Assembly (NCBI GenBank): GCA_014729775.1
Contig: WJJJ01000022.1
Location: 13,313-77,312 of the forward strand
Direction of reading: 5' to 3'
Length of the DNA stretch: 64,000 bases
From: Candidatus Omnitrophota bacterium
GTDB taxonomy: Bacteria; Omnitrophota; Gorgyraeia; Duberdicusellales; 4484-171
Made by a program: the position numbers and the translations under genes. Below, in pieces: positions 1 through 9,749 of the stretch (within the stretch, counting starts at the first letter, position 1; each line of letters opens with the position of its first letter). The notes below the pieces were generated by a model. That model made no database searches and was not told the origin of the DNA. It saw only the letters and a list, made by a program, of their open reading frames with translations.

Positions 1-455
1 GCTTTGGCTTCTTTCTCCCCGGCGGTAAAGAAAAATAAAGAATCCGTCTTGCGAATGATCTGCGCCAACAGTTCGTCGGTTTCCTGTCCGGTGTACCGGA
101 CCACCGGCTTCGCCGAAACGAACGCGTACTCTTTTATCGGCTTCAGCTCATCCGGAGAGAACTGCTCGCATAACAGCTGCTCACGATTCAACGCTCCCAG
201 CACTTTTTCGATCCGGTCCGGACTGACGCCTTTCGCCTTCAACGCCTCGGCTTTATCCAGATCCTCCACGATCAAATCCAGCGTTTCTTGAGGATCGATC
301 ACGACCGCCTCGCACACTTCACGACGCTGATCGGTGAACGCGAACCCGTAAAAGGAAACCTTCGGCGAACGGAACCGTTCAGCGCGCCGTGTCAATCGCG
401 GATCTCGAAAAGCCTTCTTGCCAATCAGCTCTTGATTTTTGGTGTAGATCTTCAC
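1..455 (-). CDS. YchF/DUF933-like protein lacking the NTPase motifs (3' end outside window)
   Basis: Not in ORF track. Hand translation from GTG at 455 (AAGGAA upstream): MKIYTKNQELIGKKAFRDPRLTRRAERFRSPKV...LIVEDLDKAE...YAFVSAKPVV...FFFTAGEKEAK. These segments match YchF DPRL, LADL, FLTxKP and YFTAGxKEVRAW. Confidence 0.75.
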   Translation of the reverse strand, partial: MKIYTKNQELIGKKAFRDPRLTRRAERFRSPKVSFYGFAFTDQRREVCEAVVIDPQETLDLIVEDLDKAEALKAKGVSPDRIEKVLGALNREQLLCEQFSPDELKPIKEYAFVSAKPVVRYTGQETDELLAQIIRKTDSLFFFTAGEKEAK

Positions 456-486
456 AATTGAAGCGTTCCTTGCTCCCGGCAGTAAC

Positions 487-2478
487 TCACGCTGTCTGTT
501 TTTCCTGCTGTGCCTGTGCAATAATCGTCTGACCAATCCGGTCCGGCACCACGTCGTAATGAGAGAAATGCATGGTGTAGGCACCCCGGCCGCCGGTCAC
601 CGATCGTAAGTCGGAGGCATATTTAAACATTTCCGCCAGCGGAACGAAGGCTTTCACTACTTCGTTTTTCCCGCGCATCTCCATCCCCTGAACCCTGCCT
701 CTGCGTGAACTGATATCGCCGGTTACCTGGCCCATGACCTCTTCCGGCACCGCGATCTCTACTTCCATCACCGGCTCGAGCAGCACACTGCGTCCCTGCT
801 CGAGCGCCTTTCTCAATGCCATTGAACCGCAAATCTGAAACGCCATATCCGAAGAATCCACCGGGTGATACGACCCGTCATAGAGCGTTACTTTGATGTC
901 GGCAACGTGGTATCCGGCCAAAATGCCCTGCTCCATGGCTTTGCGAATCCCCTTTTCCACCGACGGAATGAAATTCCGCGGGATCGCACCCCCGACGATC
1001 TGATTCACGAATTCAAAATCCTTGCCTCTTTCAAGCGGTTCCACTTTAATGTACACTTCGGCGAACTGTCCCCGCCCTCCGGTTTGCTTTTTATACCTAT
1101 GCTGAACGTCCGCGGGCTTCGCGATCGTTTCCCGGTAGGGAACTTTCGGCGTGCCCAAATCGACGTCCGCGCCGTATTTTCGTTTCATCCGTTCGATAAT
1201 CACGTGCAAATGGAGCTCACCCATCCCGGAAACGATCAATTCATGGGTCTGGCTGTCGCGGGAAATTTTACAGGTCGGATCTTCCAGCGCCAGCCGGGCC
1301 AGGGCGGTGGAGATCTTTTCTTCGTCCTGCCGGGTTTTCGGTTTCACCGACGCACTGTAGGCCGGAGGAGGAAACTGTAGACCGGGAAACCGCACCTGGA
1401 ACGATTTTTCGCATAAACTATCGCCGGTCACCGCCTCCTTGAGTTTCGCCACCGCGCCGATTTCTCCGGCCGAAATTCCGTCCTGGGCCACCTGCTGTTT
1501 TCCCTGCAGTATAGAGATCTGTCCTATTTTTTCTTTCGTGTGCTGATTCACGTTCATCACATCCGTATTGGAAGTGATCGAGCCGGAATGCACCCGAAAA
1601 ATACTCACTTTGCCCACAAACGGATCAATAAATGTCTTAATGATCTGTGCGGTAAAGGGACCGTCGGCTTTCGGCTCCACCCGTACTTCCTCTCCCTCCT
1701 TTTCCGCCGCGCGGGGACGCCCCTGCGCAACCGAAGGCATAAATTCCTCTATGTATTCCAGCAAGGTATCGATGCCTTTTTCCTCCACCGGCACCCCGCC
1801 GAGAATCGGAAAAAACTGCCGGTTCGCCACCGCAGCCTGCAGTGCGGGCAGCAGCTGTTCCTGCGCGATCGTTCCCGACTCAAGATACTTCTCGATCAGA
1901 GAATCATCGCTCTCCGCTACGGTTTCCATAATCGGATTATAATACTGGGGATCCTTTGTTTTGAGGACGCTTTTCGCTTCGCCGCCGGCAAACTGCACGC
2001 ACGGGACCGCCGCTTTGGAAAATGATTTTTTTATATCCTCGGCAGTTTCTTCAAAACTGGTATTCTCTTTGTCTAATTTCGTCACGAAAAATATACAGGG
2101 AAGATCAAGCCGCTGACAAAAATTCCAGGCCCGTTCGGTACCGACTTCCACCCCGTTCGCCGCATCAACCGCGATCACCGCGAAATCGACCGCACGAATG
2201 CCCGCAGCCAGCTCACCGAGGAAATCAAGATAGCCGGGGGTATCGATAAACTGGAGAAAGAGTCCGTTATGTTCAGCGTGCAGAAGAGACAGGTTAATGG
2301 AACTTCTTCTGTCCTTTTCATCCTCTTCATGGTCGCTGACCGTGGTTCCTTCTTCCACGCGTCCCAACCGTTTCGTCGCCCCGCAGGCATGAAGCAGCGC
2401 TTCGCTGAGAGCCGTTTTCCCGGATTGCGCGTGCCCGCAGAACAGAAATACCCTTTTCTTGGAGAGATCAGTCCTCAT
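487..2478 (-). CDS. Elongation factor G-like protein, EF-G2 type
   Basis: 663 aa; divergent G motifs GHAQSGKT, RRSSI, DTPGYLDF, TKLD; conserved domains III-V ([32 protein letters not shown]). Confidence 0.92.
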   Translation of the reverse strand: MRTDLSKKRVFLFCGHAQSGKTALSEALLHACGATKRLGRVEEGTTVSDHEEDEKDRRSSINLSLLHAEHNGLFLQFIDTPGYLDFLGELAAGIRAVDFAVIAVDAANGVEVGTERAWNFCQRLDLPCIFFVTKLDKENTSFEETAEDIKKSFSKAAVPCVQFAGGEAKSVLKTKDPQYYNPIMETVAESDDSLIEKYLESGTIAQEQLLPALQAAVANRQFFPILGGVPVEEKGIDTLLEYIEEFMPSVAQGRPRAAEKEGEEVRVEPKADGPFTAQIIKTFIDPFVGKVSIFRVHSGSITSNTDVMNVNQHTKEKIGQISILQGKQQVAQDGISAGEIGAVAKLKEAVTGDSLCEKSFQVRFPGLQFPPPAYSASVKPKTRQDEEKISTALARLALEDPTCKISRDSQTHELIVSGMGELHLHVIIERMKRKYGADVDLGTPKVPYRETIAKPADVQHRYKKQTGGRGQFAEVYIKVEPLERGKDFEFVNQIVGGAIPRNFIPSVEKGIRKAMEQGILAGYHVADIKVTLYDGSYHPVDSSDMAFQICGSMALRKALEQGRSVLLEPVMEVEIAVPEEVMGQVTGDISSRRGRVQGMEMRGKNEVVKAFVPLAEMFKYASDLRSVTGGRGAYTMHFSHYDVVPDRIGQTIIAQAQQEKQTA

Positions 2479-2710
2479 ATAATGCCTCCTCCCATTTATG
2501 GTGATTTCGGATGTTCTTGAGAATTGGGACGCGAGAAAGTGAATGACACACGGTACAGCTCTCCACGATCTTTGAATTGAAGAGGAACAACGACGCAGAC
2601 TCCACTCCGCGATACTCAGCGGGGAGCGGAAAAGCGCCTACGTTTCCCTGAAACAGTTCTGCGCGAGCCGAGCAGGTGGACCGCAGCCTCGGCTGAAACG
2701 AATAAAAATC

Positions 2711-2739
2711 ATTATAGACGAAAAACATTCGGCCGTCAA
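2711..2739 (-). promoter_or_regulatory. sigma70-type promoter for the EF-G2/YchF-like operon
   Basis: Minus strand TTGACG-N17-TATAAT. Confidence 0.75.
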
Positions 2740-2798
2740 TGGAAGGAGGCCGCTTTTTGAGTTTCTTAACGCTCTGTTCACCAGTATGTTAGAAAAAA

Positions 2799-3845
2799 TC
2801 AGCACAGAAACATCGCGTCCCCGAAACTATAGAAACGGAAATTATTCCGCAGGGCGTAGGAGTAACTTTCCCGGATTATTGCGGGACTGCAGAACGCAGA
2901 CACGAGAATGAGATTGGTAGACCGGGACGTATGAAAATTGGTGATCAGCCCGTCCACGATCTTAAACCGGTACCCGGGCACGATATAATAATCGGTTTCG
3001 CCGCTGTAAGCCACCACCTGCGCGCGTCCCTGCGCGTCTATTCCCGCACAGCTTTCCAGCATTCTCACACAGGTCGTCCCTACCGCGATCACCCTTCTTT
3101 TTTCCTGCTTCGCCGTATTGATCCTCGCCGCCGCGTCAGCGGACACCTCGATCCATTCGGATTCCATGGGATGGGCGCGGATATCTTCTGTTTTCACGGG
3201 ACGGAATGTCGCCACTCCGCAATGGAGGGTGATCGGCACGGTTTCCACCCCGCGGCGGACGAGCGCCTCCCGCAAAGAAGGCGTAAAATGGAGTCCGGCC
3301 GTGGGCGCGGCCACCGCCCCCGCACGACGCGCGTACACTGTCTGGTATTCGGACGGATCGGCAACCGGCTCCCGGATATAGGGCGGAAGAGGCACTTCCC
3401 CGTGCCGTTCGGCGTACCCCAGCACTTCGGCCGAAGAAAACCGGAGCACCCGTTTGCCGGAATCAGTCACTTCTTTCACCTCGGCGGAGAATGCGTCATG
3501 AGGGAAAGAAATCCGCGCTCCTTCGCGCATTTTTTTGCCCGGTTTCACTAATGCCTCCCATTCCCCCGGCGCGCGGCACCGCACCAGAAGCACCTCCACC
3601 GATGCACCCCGGGCACTACGCCCGTGCAGCCGGGCTCTGAAGACTCTGGTATCATTGAGAACCAGCAGATCTCCTTCTCCGAGGAACCGGGGCAGATCGC
3701 GAAACCGAACGCTTTCCTTTACGCCCTCGGCGCGGCTGACCACCAGCAGGCGGCTGGAATCCCGCGGCGCAGCCGGCCGCTGAGCGATATTTCTTTGCGG
3801 AACCTCGAATTCATACCGGGAAATATGGAATATTTCTTCGTTCAT
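2799..3845 (-). CDS. queA: S-adenosylmethionine:tRNA ribosyltransferase-isomerase
   Basis: Motifs PLPPYI, YQTVYA, GAVAAPTAGLHFT, VGTT, ITNFH, FYSFGDAM. Confidence 0.96.
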   Translation of the reverse strand: MNEEIFHISRYEFEVPQRNIAQRPAAPRDSSRLLVVSRAEGVKESVRFRDLPRFLGEGDLLVLNDTRVFRARLHGRSARGASVEVLLVRCRAPGEWEALVKPGKKMREGARISFPHDAFSAEVKEVTDSGKRVLRFSSAEVLGYAERHGEVPLPPYIREPVADPSEYQTVYARRAGAVAAPTAGLHFTPSLREALVRRGVETVPITLHCGVATFRPVKTEDIRAHPMESEWIEVSADAAARINTAKQEKRRVIAVGTTCVRMLESCAGIDAQGRAQVVAYSGETDYYIVPGYRFKIVDGLITNFHTSRSTNLILVSAFCSPAIIRESYSYALRNNFRFYSFGDAMFLC

Positions 3846-3937
3846 GGAGTGTTTATTCTACCAGACTGGTACCGATTGAAAAGCATTTTTCTCGCGCTTT
3901 CTTCCCGCACGGAGAGAATTGACTTTTGGGATGAATT

Positions 3938-5101
3938 ATGATAAGAATAGCTGATATGGACACCATAAAAAAACTTCAGGAAGAAACGGAAAAACTCCGG
4001 TCGCAGTTTTACATATTTTATGAGCTTACCAAGGCCATGCGCTCCACACTGCGATTGGACGAAATCGTCTACATCATCCTCACCGGTCTGACCGCACGCC
4101 AGGGACTGGCGTTTAACCGGGCGATTCTGTTCCTTGTGGACGATACCAACCAGACCATTCAGGGATACATGGGGATCGGGCCGGTTGACGGACAGGAAGC
4201 GAATCAAATCTGGAAAAGCATTGAACACCAAAAGATGGACCTGCGCAGTCTGACCTTCGCCTACCACTGCCTCCGGGAAGGAAAAAAAACCCGGTTCAGC
4301 GAGTATGTAGAATCGATGTCCTTTCCGCTCTCTCCGGCAAGCGGTATCATTTACTCCGCACTGTTCGACAAGGGACCTGTATGTTTCTCCGCAGACCATG
4401 ATCTGCGCTACCGGGAAGATCCCCTGGTGAAACATCTTAAATTAAAGGATTTCCTGACCTCCTCGCTGTGGATCAAAGACGAACCGCGGGGACTGATTCT
4501 TGTGGACAATTACATCACCAAAAAACCTATCTCTGAAGATGACACCCGTATCTTCAACATGTTCGTGGAACAGGCCCAGGGCGCGATCGAAAATTCCAAA
4601 GTCTACGAAGACACGCTCCTGAGAGCCCATACCGATTCTCTCACCGGTCTCTGGAATCACGGGTATTTTCAATACGCACTGGACGAGGAAATGACGAAAG
4701 CGAAACGCGCGAAGACGCCGCTCTCGATCATGATGATCGATATGGATAATTTTAAGCGTTACAATGACGTGCAGGGTCATATCCAGGGAGACAAAGCCCT
4801 CAAACGGGTAAGCGCGATACTCAAAGACAACTGCCGGAAAGTGGATACCCTGTGCCGTTACGGCGGAGAAGAATTCAGCCTGATCCTGCCGGCGACTTCT
4901 CTCCAGGAAGCGTATCTGCTGGCAGAACGGATCAGAACTTCGGTGGCACACTCGGATGTGCTGGGAAGCAAATTCACGATCAGTATCGGTATCGCCGCGC
5001 TGGAAGATTTCTCCCTGGAAAAAGAGACGTTTATCCGCAGAGCCGACACCGCTCTGTACCGCGCCAAGCGGGAAGGGAAAAATCAGGTAGTGCCGGCCTG
5101 A
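3938..5101 (+). CDS. GAF sensor-containing diguanylate cyclase
   Basis: N-terminal GAF-like region; TDSLTGLWN, DMDNFK, I-site RKVD, RYGGEEF, ADTALYRAK. Confidence 0.92.
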   Translation: MIRIADMDTIKKLQEETEKLRSQFYIFYELTKAMRSTLRLDEIVYIILTGLTARQGLAFNRAILFLVDDTNQTIQGYMGIGPVDGQEANQIWKSIEHQKMDLRSLTFAYHCLREGKKTRFSEYVESMSFPLSPASGIIYSALFDKGPVCFSADHDLRYREDPLVKHLKLKDFLTSSLWIKDEPRGLILVDNYITKKPISEDDTRIFNMFVEQAQGAIENSKVYEDTLLRAHTDSLTGLWNHGYFQYALDEEMTKAKRAKTPLSIMMIDMDNFKRYNDVQGHIQGDKALKRVSAILKDNCRKVDTLCRYGGEEFSLILPATSLQEAYLLAERIRTSVAHSDVLGSKFTISIGIAALEDFSLEKETFIRRADTALYRAKREGKNQVVPA

Positions 5102-5253
5102 CCCTCCCGTTCAAGAAATGACGACTTCCTCTCTCTTTTGCAGCCTCTCGCTGTGTCAGCATACCCGGATATCAGGCCGTCAAATAATGAGCAGGAAAAC
5201 CGCAAAGAGCAGACGTTTCTGATCCCGGGAAACTCTGTTTCAGGGATGTTTCG

Positions 5254-8200
5254 TTATTGCGCGGCGGAAGCGGCTTCTTCCTGGTCCTGATGGGCGAACT
5301 TGACCGAAACGAGCTTTGACACGCCTTTTTCTTCCATGGTGACTCCGTACAGCACATCGGCGTTGCTCATGGTCTTTTTATTATGGGTGATCAACAGGAA
5401 CTGGGAAACCTGAGAGAATTCCCTCAAAAGGTGATTGAAGCGGTCCACGTTCGCCTCATCCAGCGGCGCGTCAATTTCGTCGAGCACGCACAGCGGTGAC
5501 GGACGGACGCGAAAGATCGCGAACACGAGAGAGATCGCGGTAAGTGCCTTCTCTCCTCCGGAAAGCAAGGACACATTCTGAAGTTTTTTCCCCGGGGGCT
5601 GGACTTCTATTTCCACTCCCGATTCGAGCACGTTCTCCTTATCCAGCAGAATCAACTGGGCGCGTCCTCCGTTAAAAAGGAACCGGAAGTTCCTTTTAAA
5701 CTCATGCTGAATCTTCTCGAACGTTTCCAGAAAAAGTTCTTTGGAGGTACGGTTGATTTTCTGAATCGCTTTTTTCAGGTTTTCTTTGGAAGATATCAGA
5801 TCCGCTTTCTGCGTATCCAGGAATTCCTCCCGCTTTTTTAATTCTTCGAATTCTTCAATCGCGAACAAATTCGTTTCCCCGAGCGAATTTTTCCGTTTCT
5901 TCAGTTTATCCCGCGCCGCGCTCAACTCCTCGACCGTTTCCCGGACATCCTCCGCAGGCAGCGGCGTAAACTCCAGTTGATACACCTGCTGAAGATAATC
6001 TTTGACTTTTTCTTTCTCGTATTCCAGTCCCTGGATATCCAACTTTTTATTATAGAGAAACGTCTGCGCTTTCTGAACCTGCTCTTCAAGATCACGAATG
6101 CGTCCGTTTTGAACCCCGATGCGTTTCTCACATTCGTGAAACTCTTCCTCCAGACGCTGTTTGTGCTCCTCGGCGGCACGGGCCCGTTCCTGTCCCTGCG
6201 CGATGCCGGACTGGAGCGTTTCTATTTCCTCCCGGAGCTGACCGGCCTTATCTTCGTTGGTCTTTCGCTCCCGCTCGATCTCGGCCAGCGTTCCGGCCAC
6301 GGCGCTTTTCTCCTCCTCGAACAGGATAATGCGGGATTGAAGATCCTCTCGCTCTTTAAACAGAGACTGATTCTGCTCTTCGCGCTTGGCCTGTTCAATC
6401 TCAAGCGCGTTCATCTCTTCTCCGTTCCGCGTGAGTGTTTCCTGATACTGCTTGATCTGCTCCTGCGCGGCGTACACCGACTGCTCGAACGTCTGGGTCT
6501 TCTCCTCAAGAGTCTTCTGAGTGGTTTCAAGCGCTTCGATTTCACTCAGGACCGTCTCCATCTCGCTCTCCACCACCTGAGATTCCTCCTGCAGACGGGT
6601 AAGATCCCGGCCAAATCCTTCACGTTCCTGGAGGCGCTCCTGACACTGTTTTTCTTCTTCCGCTAATCGTTGTTCACAGTGAGAGATTTCTTCCTGCAGG
6701 CCCTGGATCTCGGCCTCGGTATGTGCAATCGATGCCGACAGGGACGCGATACGCTCGCGGGTCTGCTGTATTTTCTGCTCAAGCTGCGCTTCATCGAAGG
6801 AAACGACTTTGGCGTCCAGCGAGGCCCGGTACACTCCGCCTTCTTTTTCAATTACCGCTTCTTTCAAAGACAGAATCAGCTTATTGATCTGTTTCGGTTC
6901 CTGGTCGAATAACACCGTCACTTTTCGGGAAGAAGAGAACGAATCATACTTGGTCCTCAAGTCACGCAAGAATTCATAGGTCGATTTCAATTCCACCAGC
7001 TCTTTATCTAATTCAATCACGGTATTCTTCATTTCGTCTTTTTTGCGCGCACTTTCGCGTTCCTTGGCGGCCAGCGCCGCCTTCTTCTCTTTGCGTTCCC
7101 GCACGCGGTTTTCCAGCCCGGCCACCTCCTCCTGTACCCGCTCATACTGCTGACGGGTATCTTTCACCAGATCCTCCAGCCGGGTTTTATCCAGAAGAAG
7201 CCGCTGTTTACGTTTCCCCAATGAGGTCAGATTCGTCTGTATTTGAATAAGGGTATTGCGGGAATTCACCCGTTCCGTCTCCAGCTCAAACACCTTGGTC
7301 TTCTCCGCTTTTAACGCGGCCTGCACTTCTCTGGTATTCTGCGACAACTCCTGTTTTTTCCGGGCCAAAGACTCCATCGCTTCTTTGATCCTGGAAACCC
7401 GCTGATCAAAAGAATCGAGCTCCTGCTGTACCTGCGCGATCCGCTGTTCCTGGATCCGCAACCGTTCGCTGAAACTCGCACGGTTCGCATCAATCGTTTG
7501 GTTTCTTTTTTCAAGTTCCTGAATGCGCTGTTCGGAAACCCTGATGTGCGAGGTAGAATTCTCAATCTGCGCAGCAAGGGAGATCATTTCGGCGTTCGCT
7601 TGCTCCAGTTTTTTCCGCGTTTCCGAAAGCTGACCGTCAAGCTTCTCTTTTTCGCGGCTCGTCTCCCGGAGTTCGGCTTCTTTCTCGGTTTCTTGCTGTT
7701 TCATCCGCTGCAGCTCGTCCAATAAGGCATTCATCTGCTCTGAAAAACCGTGACACTGCAGAGAGGCAATCTTCTTTTCAGTTTCAACTAATGCCGCTTC
7801 GACCTCTTTGTACTTGCGTGCCTTTTCAACCTGCCGCTCTAAATACCGTATCTGCCGCCGCACTTCGGAAAGGATGTCTTCCAGCCGAAGAAGATTATCT
7901 TCGGTTTCCTTCAGCCGTTTGAGCGTTTCTTTTTTCCGGTCCTTATATTTGACGATCCCGCTCGCTTCATCGAAAATCAGACGCTTTTCCTCGGGTTTAT
8001 ACCCTAAAAATATCTCTATCCGGCCCTGTTCAATGAACGAATAGGTGGACTCACCGATACCGGTACCCATAAAAAGCTCCTGTACGTCTCTGAGCCGTAC
8101 GGGATTTTTGTTGATAAAATAATGGCTCTCCCCCGACCGATACAGCCGGCGGGCGATCGATACCTCTTTATAATCAATCGGCAGATAGCCGTCCTCGTTG

Positions 8201-8454
8201 GAAAAGGTAAGAGAGACTTCGGCGTAGTTGAGCGGCGGGTAGCGTTCGGTGCCGTTAAAAATAATATCCTCCATCTTGGTGCCGCGCAAAGATTTCGGAC
8301 TCTGCTCTCCAAGGGCCCACTTTGTCGCGTCAAGGATATTACTTTTCCCGCACCCGTTGGGACCGACCACTACCGTAATCCCGGGCTCGAAGGCAAGCTC
8401 AGCTTTTTGCGGGAAAGATTTAAAACCGAATATTTCTAAATGCTTTAAATACAT
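5254..8454 (-). CDS. smc: Chromosome segregation SMC ATPase with atypical short hinge
   Basis: Walker A GPNGCGKSN, long coiled coils, LSGGEKAL signature, Walker B LDEIDAPLD, ITH. Confidence 0.9.
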   Translation of the reverse strand: MYLKHLEIFGFKSFPQKAELAFEPGITVVVGPNGCGKSNILDATKWALGEQSPKSLRGTKMEDIIFNGTERYPPLNYAEVSLTFSNEDGYLPIDYKEVSIARRLYRSGESHYFINKNPVRLRDVQELFMGTGIGESTYSFIEQGRIEIFLGYKPEEKRLIFDEASGIVKYKDRKKETLKRLKETEDNLLRLEDILSEVRRQIRYLERQVEKARKYKEVEAALVETEKKIASLQCHGFSEQMNALLDELQRMKQQETEKEAELRETSREKEKLDGQLSETRKKLEQANAEMISLAAQIENSTSHIRVSEQRIQELEKRNQTIDANRASFSERLRIQEQRIAQVQQELDSFDQRVSRIKEAMESLARKKQELSQNTREVQAALKAEKTKVFELETERVNSRNTLIQIQTNLTSLGKRKQRLLLDKTRLEDLVKDTRQQYERVQEEVAGLENRVRERKEKKAALAAKERESARKKDEMKNTVIELDKELVELKSTYEFLRDLRTKYDSFSSSRKVTVLFDQEPKQINKLILSLKEAVIEKEGGVYRASLDAKVVSFDEAQLEQKIQQTRERIASLSASIAHTEAEIQGLQEEISHCEQRLAEEEKQCQERLQEREGFGRDLTRLQEESQVVESEMETVLSEIEALETTQKTLEEKTQTFEQSVYAAQEQIKQYQETLTRNGEEMNALEIEQAKREEQNQSLFKEREDLQSRIILFEEEKSAVAGTLAEIERERKTNEDKAGQLREEIETLQSGIAQGQERARAAEEHKQRLEEEFHECEKRIGVQNGRIRDLEEQVQKAQTFLYNKKLDIQGLEYEKEKVKDYLQQVYQLEFTPLPAEDVRETVEELSAARDKLKKRKNSLGETNLFAIEEFEELKKREEFLDTQKADLISSKENLKKAIQKINRTSKELFLETFEKIQHEFKRNFRFLFNGGRAQLILLDKENVLESGVEIEVQPPGKKLQNVSLLSGGEKALTAISLVFAIFRVRPSPLCVLDEIDAPLDEANVDRFNHLLREFSQVSQFLLITHNKKTMSNADVLYGVTMEEKGVSKLVSVKFAHQDQEEAASAAQ

Positions 8455-8526
8455 AACTGCCGCAGTGTTTTCGCTTCAGAAGTCATTATAGCAGGATTTA
8501 CCCCGGGGCGCCAGATGAAACCTGTG

Positions 8527-9732
8527 TTATTTGCGGGCCAGCGCGTCTTTGAACTGCGCGGTAAGCAGAGGAACGACTTTCAGCACATCGCCTACAATGC
8601 CGTAATCGGCAACCTGAAAAATCGGCGCGTCGGGATCTTTGTTCACGGCGACAATCACATCCGAAGACTGCATCCCCACCAAATGCTGAATTTGTCCAGA
8701 AATGCCGCAGGCAATATATACTTTGGGACACACGGTACGGCCGGTCTGCCCGACCTGATGGGAATAGGGTATCCAGCCTGCATCCACGCAGGCGCGGGAA
8801 GAACCGACTGCCGCCCCCAGCGTTTCGGCCAGCTCTTCGATCAAGGAAAAATTCTTCGCATCCTGCAAGCCCCGTCCGCCGGACACGATCACGTCGGCTT
8901 CGGCGATATTGACGGTAGAGGTCATTTCCCGGAAAAAATCCAGAAATTTGATCCGCGGATCACGCAGCTGCGCAGGAATTTCCGCGTCAATGATCTCCCC
9001 CTGCCGGGAAGAATCGACCGGCGATTCCGGCATCACCTTATGACGAACCGTCGCCATCTGCGGCCGGAAATGGGGACAGATAATTTGTGCCATAATATTG
9101 CCGCCGAACGCAGGCCTCGTCTGCACCAACAGGTTCGTGTCCGGATCAATATCCAGACCGGTACAGTCGGCGGTCAATCCGGCATAAAGATTCACGGCGA
9201 TCCGCGACACCAGACTCCGACCGGTCGTAGTCGCCCCGGCCAGAATAATTTCCGGTTTATGTTTCTCCACCAGCTCAACGATCACCTTTGTGTAGTTTTC
9301 GGAAATATAATGCGCCAGATCGGGATGATCGGCCACATATACTTTATCCGCTCCGCGTTCGATAAGCTGCAGCGCGCGGTCTCTGACTCCGGAGCCAAGC
9401 AGCAGCGCCCCCACATAGCTATTCCGCACGCGGGCAAGTTCCTGCGCTTTCCCCAGCAGTTCGTATGCCACCGGAGAAATTTCACCGTCCCGCTGCTCGG
9501 CAAAGACCCAGACTCCCCGGTAGCCGGAAAAATCCCGGCGGCCGGCCGGTTCCTCTCGTACGATTTCGATCGCGTCGAACGAACAGGCAGACACGCACGC
9601 GCCGCACAGGGTACATTTATCCAAGTCGATTATCGCTTTTTTTTCTTTCAGTGTGATCGCCGATACCGGACAGACCGGCACGCACGCGCCGCATCCTACG
9701 CATTTTTCGGGATATACTCGTATACCGCTCAT
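8527..9732 (-). CDS. etfA: Electron transfer flavoprotein alpha subunit with N-terminal 2x[4Fe-4S] ferredoxin domain
   Basis: Two CxxCxxCxxxC motifs; GLTADCT, TRPAFGGN, QVGQTG, GISGQIQH. Confidence 0.93.
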   Translation of the reverse strand: MSGIRVYPEKCVGCGACVPVCPVSAITLKEKKAIIDLDKCTLCGACVSACSFDAIEIVREEPAGRRDFSGYRGVWVFAEQRDGEISPVAYELLGKAQELARVRNSYVGALLLGSGVRDRALQLIERGADKVYVADHPDLAHYISENYTKVIVELVEKHKPEIILAGATTTGRSLVSRIAVNLYAGLTADCTGLDIDPDTNLLVQTRPAFGGNIMAQIICPHFRPQMATVRHKVMPESPVDSSRQGEIIDAEIPAQLRDPRIKFLDFFREMTSTVNIAEADVIVSGGRGLQDAKNFSLIEELAETLGAAVGSSRACVDAGWIPYSHQVGQTGRTVCPKVYIACGISGQIQHLVGMQSSDVIVAVNKDPDAPIFQVADYGIVGDVLKVVPLLTAQFKDALARK

Positions 9733-9749
9733 CGTGTTCCTTTCGGTAG

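Noticed and set aside
487-2478. Tet(M)/Tet(O) ribosomal protection protein call for the EF-G paralogs
   Set aside because: All three retain the EF-G domain IV motifs (KQTGG, HxVDSS) rather than Tet-type loops.
2468-2728. 86-aa ORF in the EF-G2 leader
   Set aside because: It starts inside the promoter spacer, has no RBS and shows no recognisable features.
5221-5250. Hairpin downstream of smc sharing the 12-mer CTGTTTCAGGGA with the EF-G2 leader
   Set aside because: A single short match that could be chance; weak U-tract, so not called as a terminator or repeat.
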